Source: Planctomicrobium piriforme (lineage in GTDB: Bacteria; Planctomycetota; Planctomycetia; Pirellulales; UBA1268). From it: 64,000 bases of DNA. The notes under the pieces are model-generated. The model was not told where the DNA came from, ran no database searches, and saw only the letters and a program-made list of their open reading frames with translations. The translations under genes and the position numbers were made by a program. The stretch covers positions 17,609 through 81,608 of the forward strand of contig CAMBUD010000001.1 of the NCBI GenBank assembly GCA_945871035.1, in the 5' to 3' direction. Below, one piece after another: positions 8,880 to 17,772 of this stretch. Numbering within the stretch: the first letter of the stretch is position 1; every line of letters starts with the position of its first letter.

Positions 8880-10799
8880 TTATACCGGCCCTGAACCTGT
8901 ATCCTCAGCCGGCTTTTTTCCAGCCACAAGGTCGAGAATCGCAGTGCCGAAATCGGCTAGCCGCTTTTCGCCGATGCCCTTTACGCGTAGCAACGCTGCC
9001 GGCGATCGCGGCTTTTCTCGGGCGATCCCCCGTAAGGATTTGTCGTCGAAGATTGTCCACGCCGGCTTGCCGCGGGCTTCAGCCACGCGTCGCCGCCACT
9101 TGCGGAGGATTTCAAAGAGTTCGCGATCAACGCCGTGCCAATCGTCGGCATCGGCCTTCGTAGTGCGAGTTTTTTCGACCCGTGGTTCCCGTAGCAAAAC
9201 CACCCGTGCGCCCCGCAGCACTTCCCACGAATAATCGTTGAGGGTCACGACAGGACGATCGCTCCCGCTGCGCAGCAGACAGCCTTGATCGAGTAGTTGG
9301 TGCGTGAGGTTTTCCGTGGCGCGCTGATCAAAAGTGGTAAGAATTCCAAACGTGGAGAGTTGGTCGTGGTTGTGGCGTGTGATGCCCTCTGTCTTTGCGC
9401 CGCGTAGCACTTCACAAACATGCCGCACCCCAAAACGCTCGCCGACACGTGCGACGCAGGAGATGATCTTTTGGGCAATAATAGTCGAATCGGGGAGACT
9501 GTCCGCTTCGCCCAGACAAATATCGCAGGCCGTACAACTCGCGGCGGCAAAGGATTGCCCGAAGTATTCCGAAAGCGCAGCATGGCGGCAGCGAGCGGCT
9601 TGTGCGTAGCGACGCATGGAGTGGAGATGTTGAATCTGACCGGCGATAAGTGCTTCGGCCTCAGCGGGATCCAGTTCTGAACCTTCGGCACTTTTACGCA
9701 CCAATGATTCCCAGCTGAAAACGTCTGCCGACGAATACAGCAACACGCATTCTGCCGCGAGTCCATCGCGACCGGCCCGTCCGGTTTCCTGCTGATAGGC
9801 TTCGAGGCTCTTGGGAAGAGCCGTGTGCAGAACAAGCCGCACATTGGAACGGTCGATTCCCATGCCAAAGGCAACGGTCGCCACAACCACATCGATTGTT
9901 TCGCGCGCAAATGCGTCTTGCGTTTGTCGGCGTTCCTCGGGGCTCAGCCCGGCGTGATAGGGACGGGCTAGAATTCCCTCGGCAGCCAGTCGGGCCGCTA
10001 ATCGCTCGGTTTCCTTCCGTGAGATGCAGTAGACAATCGACGCCTCGCTGGCGTGCCGACCGAGAATCTGGAGTGTCTGCAGGATGCGGTCGGTGCGGGG
10101 GACAACACGGTAGACGAGGTTGGGTCGATCAAATGTCCCTAACAACACAGCCGGATCGCGCAGGTGGAGTTGTGCGATGATGTCATCGCGCACGCGGGGA
10201 GTTGCGGTAGCGGTAAAGGCATGCAGGCTGGCCATTGGAAAACGCTCCCGCAGCAGCGACATTTGCCGGTACTCAGGCCGGAAATCGTGCCCCCAGTGAC
10301 TGATGCAATGGGCCTCATCGATGGCAAAGCGTTTCACGCCCACGCGTGCGAGTGTGTCGAGCAGGCCCGTATTCACTAGCCGCTCTGGTGCAGTGAATAG
10401 GAGTCGTAGTTCGCCAGCAGCCAAACGGTCGAAGATCTCTCGGCGTTGCTCTGTTGAGAGTCCAGAGTGGAGAGCAGCTGCTGGGTAGCCAATCGCCTCC
10501 AGCGAGTCGACTTGATCCTTCATCAGTGCCACCAGCGGCGAGATGACAACATCGGTCGAATCACCCACCAGCGGTGGCAGTTGGTAGCAGAGGCTCTTGC
10601 CACCGCCCGTCGGCATCACCACCAGCGAGTCGCGACCATCTAACGCAGCGTTAATGGCCTCGGCTTGTAAGGGACGCAAATGTTCGAATCCCCACCAGCG
10701 CGAGAGAAGTTTCTCCACGCGCCGATCGGTAGCGGTACCGTCCGATGCTGGCGGTTGTATCGGTGGTGGTGTGAGCGACGAAATAGTCGGCCCGGGCAC
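8880..10799 (-). CDS. recQ: ATP-dependent DNA helicase RecQ
   Basis: 'FEHLRPLQAEAINAALDGRDSLVVMPTGGGKSLCYQLP', 'DEAHCISHWGHDFRPEY', a zinc-binding Cys cluster, and a C-terminal HRDC-like region. Confidence 0.93.
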   Translation of the reverse strand: MPGPTISSLTPPPIQPPASDGTATDRRVEKLLSRWWGFEHLRPLQAEAINAALDGRDSLVVMPTGGGKSLCYQLPPLVGDSTDVVISPLVALMKDQVDSLEAIGYPAAALHSGLSTEQRREIFDRLAAGELRLLFTAPERLVNTGLLDTLARVGVKRFAIDEAHCISHWGHDFRPEYRQMSLLRERFPMASLHAFTATATPRVRDDIIAQLHLRDPAVLLGTFDRPNLVYRVVPRTDRILQTLQILGRHASEASIVYCISRKETERLAARLAAEGILARPYHAGLSPEERRQTQDAFARETIDVVVATVAFGMGIDRSNVRLVLHTALPKSLEAYQQETGRAGRDGLAAECVLLYSSADVFSWESLVRKSAEGSELDPAEAEALIAGQIQHLHSMRRYAQAARCRHAALSEYFGQSFAAASCTACDICLGEADSLPDSTIIAQKIISCVARVGERFGVRHVCEVLRGAKTEGITRHNHDQLSTFGILTTFDQRATENLTHQLLDQGCLLRSGSDRPVVTLNDYSWEVLRGARVVLLREPRVEKTRTTKADADDWHGVDRELFEILRKWRRRVAEARGKPAWTIFDDKSLRGIAREKPRSPAALLRVKGIGEKRLADFGTAILDLVAGKKPAEDTGSGPV

Positions 10800-11010
10800 G
10801 GGTGAACCTGCGGAAGCGTGGGGAACTGGTCACACAATACCAGACCTGATTAAAGAAGACTTTTTTGATCGGCAAAGCTCTGGCGGGCAGCCATTTTAAC
10901 AGGGAGTCGCTTCAGTTTGCCGTCTGCCTGCGACCGGCGAGGGGCAATTCTATCACGCTAGTGCAGCGATCGATCTGCCACAACAACTGATCTGCGGATA
11001 GACTCGCAGC

Positions 11011-12147
11011 ATGCTCTGGATCGCTTGGAAAATGCTGATTGGCAACCGCGTGAAGTATCTCGGCATTGTGTTCGGGGTGGTCTTTGCGGCGTTGCTCATC
11101 GCGCAGCAGTCGTCGATCTTTTGTGGCCTGATGTTTCTCACGGTGAGCCAAATTCGCGACGTTGAAGGCCCGGGCATTTGGGTCATGGATCCAAACGTCC
11201 AGTTCATCGATGACATCAAGCCGCTGCCCGACACGGATCTGTTTCGCGTGAAGGGAGTGTCGGGCGTGGAATGGGCGGTGCGATTTTATAAGGGACTGGC
11301 TCGCGCGCGGATGGAACAAGGAGAGTTTCATCAAATGATCCTGCTGGGCATCGATGATGCCACGCTCGTCGGCGCACCTGAAGGAATCTTTATGGGATCG
11401 CTTGCCGACCTGCGCAAACCGCACGCTGTGCTCTTAGACGACGCCGGCTATAAGCAAATCTGGCCAGGGGAGCCCTACATTTTGGGTCGTGTGTTTGAGA
11501 TGAACGATCGCCGCGCGGTGGTCGTTGGCATCACCAAGGCCAGTCGTACGTTCCAGACGTTCCCCATTGTCTACACGCTCTACAGCCGGGCGGTGCTCTT
11601 TGCACCGCCTGAACGTAAAGTGCTCTCCTTCGTACTCGCCCAGCCGCGGCCAGGCCTCAACGCAACAGCCGTCTGCCAAGAGATTACAGCGCAGACGGGT
11701 CTGCAGGCCCTCACTCGCGAAGCTTTTATGCAGAAGACCATCCGGCACTTCCTCGCCAAGACTGGCATTCCTGTAAACTTTGCCATAACCGTCTTGCTCG
11801 GATTCATCGTCGGCACGGCGATCGCAGGACAAACTTTCTATCTTTTTACGGTGGAAAACATCAAGCAATTTGGCGCGCTCAAGGCGATGGGCACGAGCAA
11901 CTGGACGATTCTGGTGATGGTGCTCGCGCAGGCAATGCAGGTTGGCGCGATCGGCTACGGGTTGGGGGTTGGGCTAGCGGCCCTCTTTGGATGGGGCAGC
12001 CGCGGTTTCACAAAGCTTGCCTTTTTCATGCCCTGGCAGGTGCTTGCGATCACAGCGGTCGCCGTATTCTTTATCGTGGTCTTGGCGAGCCTCCTTTCGA
12101 TCCGTCGCGTGCTTGTGGTCGATCCAGCGATTGTATTTAGGGGCTGA
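11011..12147 (+). CDS. ABC exporter permease, DevC/FtsX-like
   Basis: N-terminal transmembrane helix, a large periplasmic MacB-like domain, and a C-terminal FtsX-type 3-TM module ('FGALKAMGTSNWTI'). Confidence 0.8.
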   Translation: MLWIAWKMLIGNRVKYLGIVFGVVFAALLIAQQSSIFCGLMFLTVSQIRDVEGPGIWVMDPNVQFIDDIKPLPDTDLFRVKGVSGVEWAVRFYKGLARARMEQGEFHQMILLGIDDATLVGAPEGIFMGSLADLRKPHAVLLDDAGYKQIWPGEPYILGRVFEMNDRRAVVVGITKASRTFQTFPIVYTLYSRAVLFAPPERKVLSFVLAQPRPGLNATAVCQEITAQTGLQALTREAFMQKTIRHFLAKTGIPVNFAITVLLGFIVGTAIAGQTFYLFTVENIKQFGALKAMGTSNWTILVMVLAQAMQVGAIGYGLGVGLAALFGWGSRGFTKLAFFMPWQVLAITAVAVFFIVVLASLLSIRRVLVVDPAIVFRG

Positions 12148-12160
12148 TGGTATTTGAAAA

Positions 12161-12919
12161 ATGATGACAACAGATCAGCCCAGACCCAACAACGCATTGC
12201 CTAGCGATGTCGCTGTCCACGTTCGCGGTGTGACAAAAGATTTTGGCACCGGAGGGTCGCTGACAAAGGCCCTGCGGGGCGTCGACTTGGATGTGCCCTA
12301 CGGGGAGATGCTCATCCTGGCCGGCCCTAGCGGCTGCGGAAAAACAACACTTGTCTCCATCGTGGCCGGCACGCTTGCGCCGACCGATGGGGATGTGGTT
12401 GTGTTGGGCAAGAATTTAATCGCGATGCCCAACAGGCTCAAGGTTCGATTTCGCCGCGACAACGTGGGGTTTGTCTTTCAGAGCTACAACCTGCTGCCGG
12501 CATTGACAGCCGCCGAAAATGCAGCCGTGCCGCTTTTGATTGCAGGCTGGCGTCGGGCGCGGGCGGTAGAAGCTGCCAGTGAAGTTCTCGATACATTGGG
12601 ACTGGGAGACCGGCTGACGAGGCTGCCAACGGAGCTCTCAGGTGGGCAGCAGCAGCGGGTGGCCATTGCGCGAGCCATTGTGCACCAACCACGCCTGCTT
12701 GTTTGCGACGAGCCAACGAGCGCTTTGGATGCAAAAAATGGTCGCATCACAATGGAACTCATTGCGCGGATTGCTGTGCAGCCAGATCGAGCGGTGATTG
12801 TTGTCACTCACGATTCGCGAGTGTATTCCTTTGCGGACCGCATCGCTTTGATGGAGGATGGTCGAATCGAATCGGTCGAGGCCGGAATGCATCAGGCCCA
12901 CCCGGCTAACCCAGCTTAA
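12161..12919 (+). CDS. ABC exporter ATP-binding protein (DevA/MacB/LolD-like)
   Basis: 'GPSGCGKTT', 'LSGGQQQRVAIARAI', 'LLVCDEPTSALD', 'VVTHD'. Confidence 0.9.
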   Translation: MMTTDQPRPNNALPSDVAVHVRGVTKDFGTGGSLTKALRGVDLDVPYGEMLILAGPSGCGKTTLVSIVAGTLAPTDGDVVVLGKNLIAMPNRLKVRFRRDNVGFVFQSYNLLPALTAAENAAVPLLIAGWRRARAVEAASEVLDTLGLGDRLTRLPTELSGGQQQRVAIARAIVHQPRLLVCDEPTSALDAKNGRITMELIARIAVQPDRAVIVVTHDSRVYSFADRIALMEDGRIESVEAGMHQAHPANPA

Positions 12920-12935
12920 TTGCTACGATACATTC

Positions 12936-14060
12936 ATGCCCAACACACGCACCCATCGCCCCCGCACGTTTGCCGACTTTCTCACACAGTTTGCTCTGCC
13001 CGTTTCGGGTTTGGCTCTGTTGGGATTTGCCGTTTGGTACGTGATGACAACTCAGCCCATCGATCGGCAGCCACTACCGCCGATCGAGCCTGCACGGAGC
13101 CCGTACGCCGACACGCTAGCGGCCTCCGGTGTGGTGGAAGCGCAGACAGAAAATATCGCCGTTGGATCGGCAACACCGGGCGTTGTCGTGCAGGTGCTCG
13201 TACGCGTTGGGGATGAAGTGCAGCAGGGCACGCCACTGTTTCGGCTTGATGATCGACAGCTGCAAGCAGCGATGGAAGTGCAACGCGCTGTCATTTCGCA
13301 GTCGAAAAGTGAATTGGTGCGGCTCGAAGCGGAACCCCGCAAGGAAAAAATTCCTGTCCTCTTGGCGCAGGTCAACGAGGCACGGGCTGTCGTTGCCCGT
13401 GAAACCGATGCGCTGCGGCGATCGGAAGACACCTTCTTACGCAAGGTCACTTCCGAGCAGGAGTTGGTTGCGAGGCGTGAGTCGCTGGCGGCCGCGCGAG
13501 CCGTTCTCGACATGTCGCAGGCCAACCTCGACCTTTTGCAGGCCGGTTCGTGGGAGTACGATCGCGATGTGTCGCGGGCGGGGGTGACCCGTGCCGAGGC
13601 GGAACTCACAAAGATCGAGATCGAGATTGACCGCCTGACGGTGCGGTCTCTTGTGGTGGGGCGTGTGTTGCAGGTGAGTGTGCATCCGGGTGAATTCGTG
13701 GGCGCGCCGCCGGGTCAACCGCTCGTGATTCTCGGCAACATCAACACTCTGCACGTGCGGGTAGACATCGATGAATTCGACATTGCCCGCTTCGATAGTA
13801 CGGCGGGGGCATATGCTGTGCCCCGCGGGAATCTGCAGGAAAAGTATCTGCTGGAGTTTGTGCGCATCGAGCCCTTTGTCGTACCCAAAAAATCACTCAG
13901 CGGCAGTAACAGCGAACGCGTGGACACGCGCGTGCTGCAGGTGATTTACGAACTCGATCCCACCGACCGATTGCCACTCTTTGTTGGCCAGCAGGTGGAG
14001 GTTTTTATCGAAGCGGAACCCACAGCCCTGCAGCAGGCAAAGCAAGAGTTGCTGCCATAA
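12936..14060 (+). CDS. membrane fusion protein (HlyD/DevB family)
   Basis: N-terminal transmembrane anchor, a lipoyl-like motif ('GVVVQVLVRVGDEVQQGTPLFRLDD'), a coiled-coil hairpin, and a beta-barrel region. The ORF begins at 12858, but the ATG at 12936 avoids overlap with the upstream ATPase gene. Confidence 0.8.
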   Translation: MPNTRTHRPRTFADFLTQFALPVSGLALLGFAVWYVMTTQPIDRQPLPPIEPARSPYADTLAASGVVEAQTENIAVGSATPGVVVQVLVRVGDEVQQGTPLFRLDDRQLQAAMEVQRAVISQSKSELVRLEAEPRKEKIPVLLAQVNEARAVVARETDALRRSEDTFLRKVTSEQELVARRESLAAARAVLDMSQANLDLLQAGSWEYDRDVSRAGVTRAEAELTKIEIEIDRLTVRSLVVGRVLQVSVHPGEFVGAPPGQPLVILGNINTLHVRVDIDEFDIARFDSTAGAYAVPRGNLQEKYLLEFVRIEPFVVPKKSLSGSNSERVDTRVLQVIYELDPTDRLPLFVGQQVEVFIEAEPTALQQAKQELLP

Positions 14061-14071
14061 CGTGCAGAGCC

Positions 14072-14105
14072 AGTTGGATGTGGCCCGGAGTTGGATGTCG
14101 CCCGA
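14072..14105. repeat. 17-bp tandem duplication just after the devB-like stop
   Basis: agttggatgtggcccgg / agttggatgtcgcccga, 15 of 17 positions identical. Confidence 0.85.
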
Positions 14106-14397
14106 GCGCTGTTTTCGGAGTGTTTCGCGCCGGTGATCGCTGCGCGACATGACCAGAGCGATCGATTTGTGGAAAAAGTGCTGCTCAGAAATCCAGCTCA
14201 CAACTGGACGGGCCCACGCCGTCTTCTGCCAGCGTGCGCAAAGCAGCCGTGCCCCCGCAGGCAATCGTCTGATTAAAACGCTTGTTTTCAGGGGTAAACA
14301 TGCCTTGCTCTGAAGCGGTGTGGCTGGGACATTCTGCACCCGACCCATGTTCACAAAATGCCGATTCATTTCCGTTGCGGTGCAGCGTTGCAAGAGC

Positions 14398-15714
14398 ATG
14401 CGCAGGTTTGTGCCCGCACTTGCGATGGTGCTCCTGCTCTCGCCCTGCCTACCGGCTGGAGAACCGGCAGCAGCGTCGTCGGCACCCAGCGGCATGTTTC
14501 TGCCCAGCGAAAGTGGAGCGCTGCTCTGGCGGCAGACGCTGGCCACCGTTTCGGAAGACTGGCCAATCGTACGGACATTGGAACCAGATTTTCAATCCCT
14601 GCCACCGCGCGAAGGCATGATTGAATCGGCGTGGGTAGAGCCCAAAAGTGATCGGCCTGCGCCCGGTGCTTTGCCGCTCGCACAGGCATGGCCTCCACGG
14701 CGGCAGCGAGTGGTGGTGCGCGTTGTACCGGCAGCAAACGGGGCGTGGATCGACGCGATTGTGGAAACGCAGTCGATCGCCGAATCCCATGCGACGGCTG
14801 GCCCGGGACGCATTGAGTTGGCCGGTGGTTGGCCGAGCGAGAGCGTCGGAGGCGATTCCACCAACATCACCACCACTCTTGCTGCGCGCATGGCGCCGTC
14901 CACAGACCCCATCTACTCCCTGCCACCGCCGGAGAGCGACGGCATGTTTGCGTCAAGACAAAACGAGCCTCCGTGGGCCCATAGCCAATACCCACGACTC
15001 TCCCGGGTTGGCCACAAGGTGCTGCAGGACTACCGTAATTTTTACTCCTGCGAGAGCCTCGTCTGCGTGACAGCCGCCTTTGGTGCCGGTGCGGTTATGG
15101 CGAACACCGGCTTCGACACAACCATGCAAAACGCTTGGCAACAAAGCGTTGCACCCACAAGCGTGGGCACGTTTTTTTCCGACTGTAAGCCGATCGGAGA
15201 AGGCCGGTACGCGCTCTCTATCTTTGGGGCGGCAGCTGTCACGGGTTTGCTCTTGGAGGGGCGGCCCTCGGGCGACATCATTGGCGAATGGGGCTCGCGT
15301 TCGCTGCGGATGTTTGCGGTTGGTGCCCCGCCGGTCTACGTCTTGCAGTTGGCAACCGGTGGCTCGCGACCGAGTGAAAACAGTTCTGTAGGCAGCGGCT
15401 GGAAATTCTTTCAGGACGACAATGGCGTCAGCGGCCATGCGTTTGTAGGCGCGATTCCTTTTCTGGCGGCGGCAGAGATGGTGGAGAATCCGTGGGCCAA
15501 AGGCGGGCTTTACGTCTGTTCGACATTTGTTGGCTTCTCGCGCATGACCACCGACTCCCACTATCCCTCACAGGTCTTTCTGGGCTGGTACTTGGCGTGG
15601 GCCAGTTCGATGGCTGTCAATCGCACGGAGATTCACTACAGCGGGATGGAGGTGAGCGTTGTGCCACTGCCGATCGCCGACATGGGTGGCATGGCCGTCG
15701 AGATGAAGTGGTGA
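14398..15714 (+). CDS. secreted/membrane protein with a C-terminal PAP2 (type-2 phosphatase)-like domain, variant motif
   Basis: Signal peptide 'MRRFVPALAMVLLLSPCLPAG'. The C-terminal polytopic region carries 'GGSRPS', 'VSGHAF' and 'SRMTTDSHYPSQV', which resemble PAP2 motifs C1, C2 and C3. The ORF starts at 14320; the start at 14398 was chosen for its signal peptide. Confidence 0.5.
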   Translation: MRRFVPALAMVLLLSPCLPAGEPAAASSAPSGMFLPSESGALLWRQTLATVSEDWPIVRTLEPDFQSLPPREGMIESAWVEPKSDRPAPGALPLAQAWPPRRQRVVVRVVPAANGAWIDAIVETQSIAESHATAGPGRIELAGGWPSESVGGDSTNITTTLAARMAPSTDPIYSLPPPESDGMFASRQNEPPWAHSQYPRLSRVGHKVLQDYRNFYSCESLVCVTAAFGAGAVMANTGFDTTMQNAWQQSVAPTSVGTFFSDCKPIGEGRYALSIFGAAAVTGLLLEGRPSGDIIGEWGSRSLRMFAVGAPPVYVLQLATGGSRPSENSSVGSGWKFFQDDNGVSGHAFVGAIPFLAAAEMVENPWAKGGLYVCSTFVGFSRMTTDSHYPSQVFLGWYLAWASSMAVNRTEIHYSGMEVSVVPLPIADMGGMAVEMKW

Positions 15715-15718
15715 ACGG

Positions 15719-17617
15719 CTACCGGCTCACATGCAACGGCGTGAAGCAGAGGCTTCCTAAAGCTTTGCGGCGACCCACGAGCATCAGACCGGCACCTACG
15801 AGCAGTGCCCACTGCGACGGCTCTGGAACGATAACAGCCTCACTCACCGACCAGGCGAGACCGTAGTCCGTGGCAAGCGTTGGTGAGGAGGCGAGATTAT
15901 AATTTTGATTCTGACCCACAATGCGGAGCGAATAGGAGCCGGTTGCCGGCACCGAAAGTCGCAGGAACTCGCTGCTGCTATAGGTGGCAATAGACTGTGC
16001 AACAAGCGATTCGCCGCCGAATATATCCGTGCGTAGCAGTTCGAGCGACAAATTGCTGAGGCCGATATCGGCGGCGCTCAAGAGCGTGTTGCCCAGCGTA
16101 CGATCGGCAAACCACGTCAGGGCTGCTGTGAGCGTGGAGCCCGCCGACAGTTCTTGTCCAAACGCATAGCTATTTGTATTTCCCGTCGCGTTTGTCAGGC
16201 TGATAACGCTGCCCAGATCCCAGCCACGCAAGGCAAGGTTACTGCCGCCGCCGTTGCCAGCAATTCCAAGCGTGGTGTGCTCGCCGGCAAAGACGTAGTT
16301 TGTCGAATCGATTTGCAGGCTCGATGGATCGCCAATGTACACCCCGTATGCTTGATTGAGGTTGAGCATGCCGGCCCCGACGGAGTTGTCCAGAGCCTGC
16401 GTGGTGGTCATCACACCGTTCACGAGTGTCTGACCGTTGTTCCAACCGGTGGTTGCCGTGCTGCTGGCCATGAGCGTGGCCTTGATCACGCGCGCATCGA
16501 GCATCTCGCTGGAGGCGGCATTCCCGTTGACAAATAACGTGCCAGCATCGACCAACAGGGCAGCTGCCCCGGCTACGATCGGGGCGGCAAAGCTCGTTCC
16601 GGCCATTTCGGGGATGTAATACTGATCTTGGTACGCCCCATCGTTGCCAGCCGTTGGATCGGTGCCGGCAACGTGGCCACCAGTGACACCGCCGTAAAAT
16701 GCAAGCGTTAAATTGTCGCCCGGTGCAGCAATGTCCACAACTGGCCGTACGCTGCTGAAAGTTTGTTGTGTGGCGGGATTGAAAAAATCGCCAGGACCAC
16801 GGCTGGAAAAACTAGCCAGTTGTGAAAATGGTGGCGTGAGTGAGTCGCCCGTCATGGCTGCCACGGCAATGCCGTTGTAGCCGGAGGAAGGGCCGCCGAC
16901 AGAGTTGGTTGTTGGGCCTTCATTACCGGCGGCAAAAACACCCACCACGTTATTTTCCTTCAGCAGTGCATCAATGGCGATCGTTTCGGTAACCCTTCCG
17001 GCCGAGTCACTGAAGCCCCAACTGCTGTTGATGATGTTGGCCTTTAGCGTGGTAGTGGTGCTGCCGCTCGTGGTAGAAATGCCCGTTCGCATGGCCTTTG
17101 AGTAGGCGTAGAAAAAACTGTCCTCTGTGTTTTCAAATGAACCGGAATAGTCTTGACCAGCAGTTGCATTCCACTGCGTGGCAATCGATCCCGACCAAAG
17201 TTGAGCTGTCGGGGCAATCCCGACCTCGTGCTGATAAGGACCATTGCCACCGATGGTCTGGCCCACCATTGTGGCGTGCCAATCGTACTGGCCGAGCTTT
17301 GTGTTGGCCGTAGTTGGGCCAGCGATAAACTGTGAAACACGACCGCTGAGGGATTCGTGTCCGTTCCAGATGGCCCCCGCTTCGATGTTAGCCACAATTG
17401 CCCGACTGCCGCTAAAGCCCATGGTATAGAAGGCGGTAGCGCCCACTGTTTGGTTGACATAGACGCCATTAAAAATGCTCGAACCCGAGGTACTGCCTAC
17501 AACCGCCCACGCGCAGGGGGAAAATAGCAATACGGTCGCCAACATGCTCGCCACACGGATAAGCCGTTGACGATTGCTTGGCAAGGAAAATCGATCGTGC
17601 CGGGTGCAGCCATACAT
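15719..17617 (-). CDS. subtilisin-like serine protease (peptidase S8) with a C-terminal PEP-CTERM sorting signal
   Basis: 'DWHATMVGQTIGG' (His motif), 'AAGNEGP' (oxyanion Asn), 'GTSFAAPIVAGAAALL' (Ser motif), and C-terminal 'VPEPSQWALLVGAGLMLVGRRK'. The start is uncertain: the ORF runs to 17788, with candidate ATGs at 17617 and 17545. Confidence 0.8.
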   Translation of the reverse strand: MYGCTRHDRFSLPSNRQRLIRVASMLATVLLFSPCAWAVVGSTSGSSIFNGVYVNQTVGATAFYTMGFSGSRAIVANIEAGAIWNGHESLSGRVSQFIAGPTTANTKLGQYDWHATMVGQTIGGNGPYQHEVGIAPTAQLWSGSIATQWNATAGQDYSGSFENTEDSFFYAYSKAMRTGISTTSGSTTTTLKANIINSSWGFSDSAGRVTETIAIDALLKENNVVGVFAAGNEGPTTNSVGGPSSGYNGIAVAAMTGDSLTPPFSQLASFSSRGPGDFFNPATQQTFSSVRPVVDIAAPGDNLTLAFYGGVTGGHVAGTDPTAGNDGAYQDQYYIPEMAGTSFAAPIVAGAAALLVDAGTLFVNGNAASSEMLDARVIKATLMASSTATTGWNNGQTLVNGVMTTTQALDNSVGAGMLNLNQAYGVYIGDPSSLQIDSTNYVFAGEHTTLGIAGNGGGSNLALRGWDLGSVISLTNATGNTNSYAFGQELSAGSTLTAALTWFADRTLGNTLLSAADIGLSNLSLELLRTDIFGGESLVAQSIATYSSSEFLRLSVPATGSYSLRIVGQNQNYNLASSPTLATDYGLAWSVSEAVIVPEPSQWALLVGAGLMLVGRRKALGSLCFTPLHVSR

Positions 17618-17772
17618 GCCAGAAACACGGCGATTCAAACCACCCACGAGGCGATCCATTGCAATACCGGTCGACAAATTGATCTGCACAAACATTCCCC
17701 ATGAGGTGCGTGTGCCCGCACGAACCCAGTGGCGGATTATAGCCCGGCGGTGGCCGAAAGGCACGGCGTGGG

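Noticed and set aside
10682-10691. tRNA T-arm-like 'gttcgaatcc' string.
   Set aside because: It lies inside the recQ coding region, and the flanking sequence cannot form a cloverleaf. I found no tRNA-like structure in any intergenic region that I inspected by eye.
13893-14546. 217-aa minus-strand ORF covering the 337-nt gap between the devB-like and PAP2-like genes.
   Set aside because: It overlaps both flanking genes substantially. It is Arg/Trp/Cys/Leu-rich with no motif and no SD sequence. The gap is better explained as non-coding sequence containing the 17-bp duplication.
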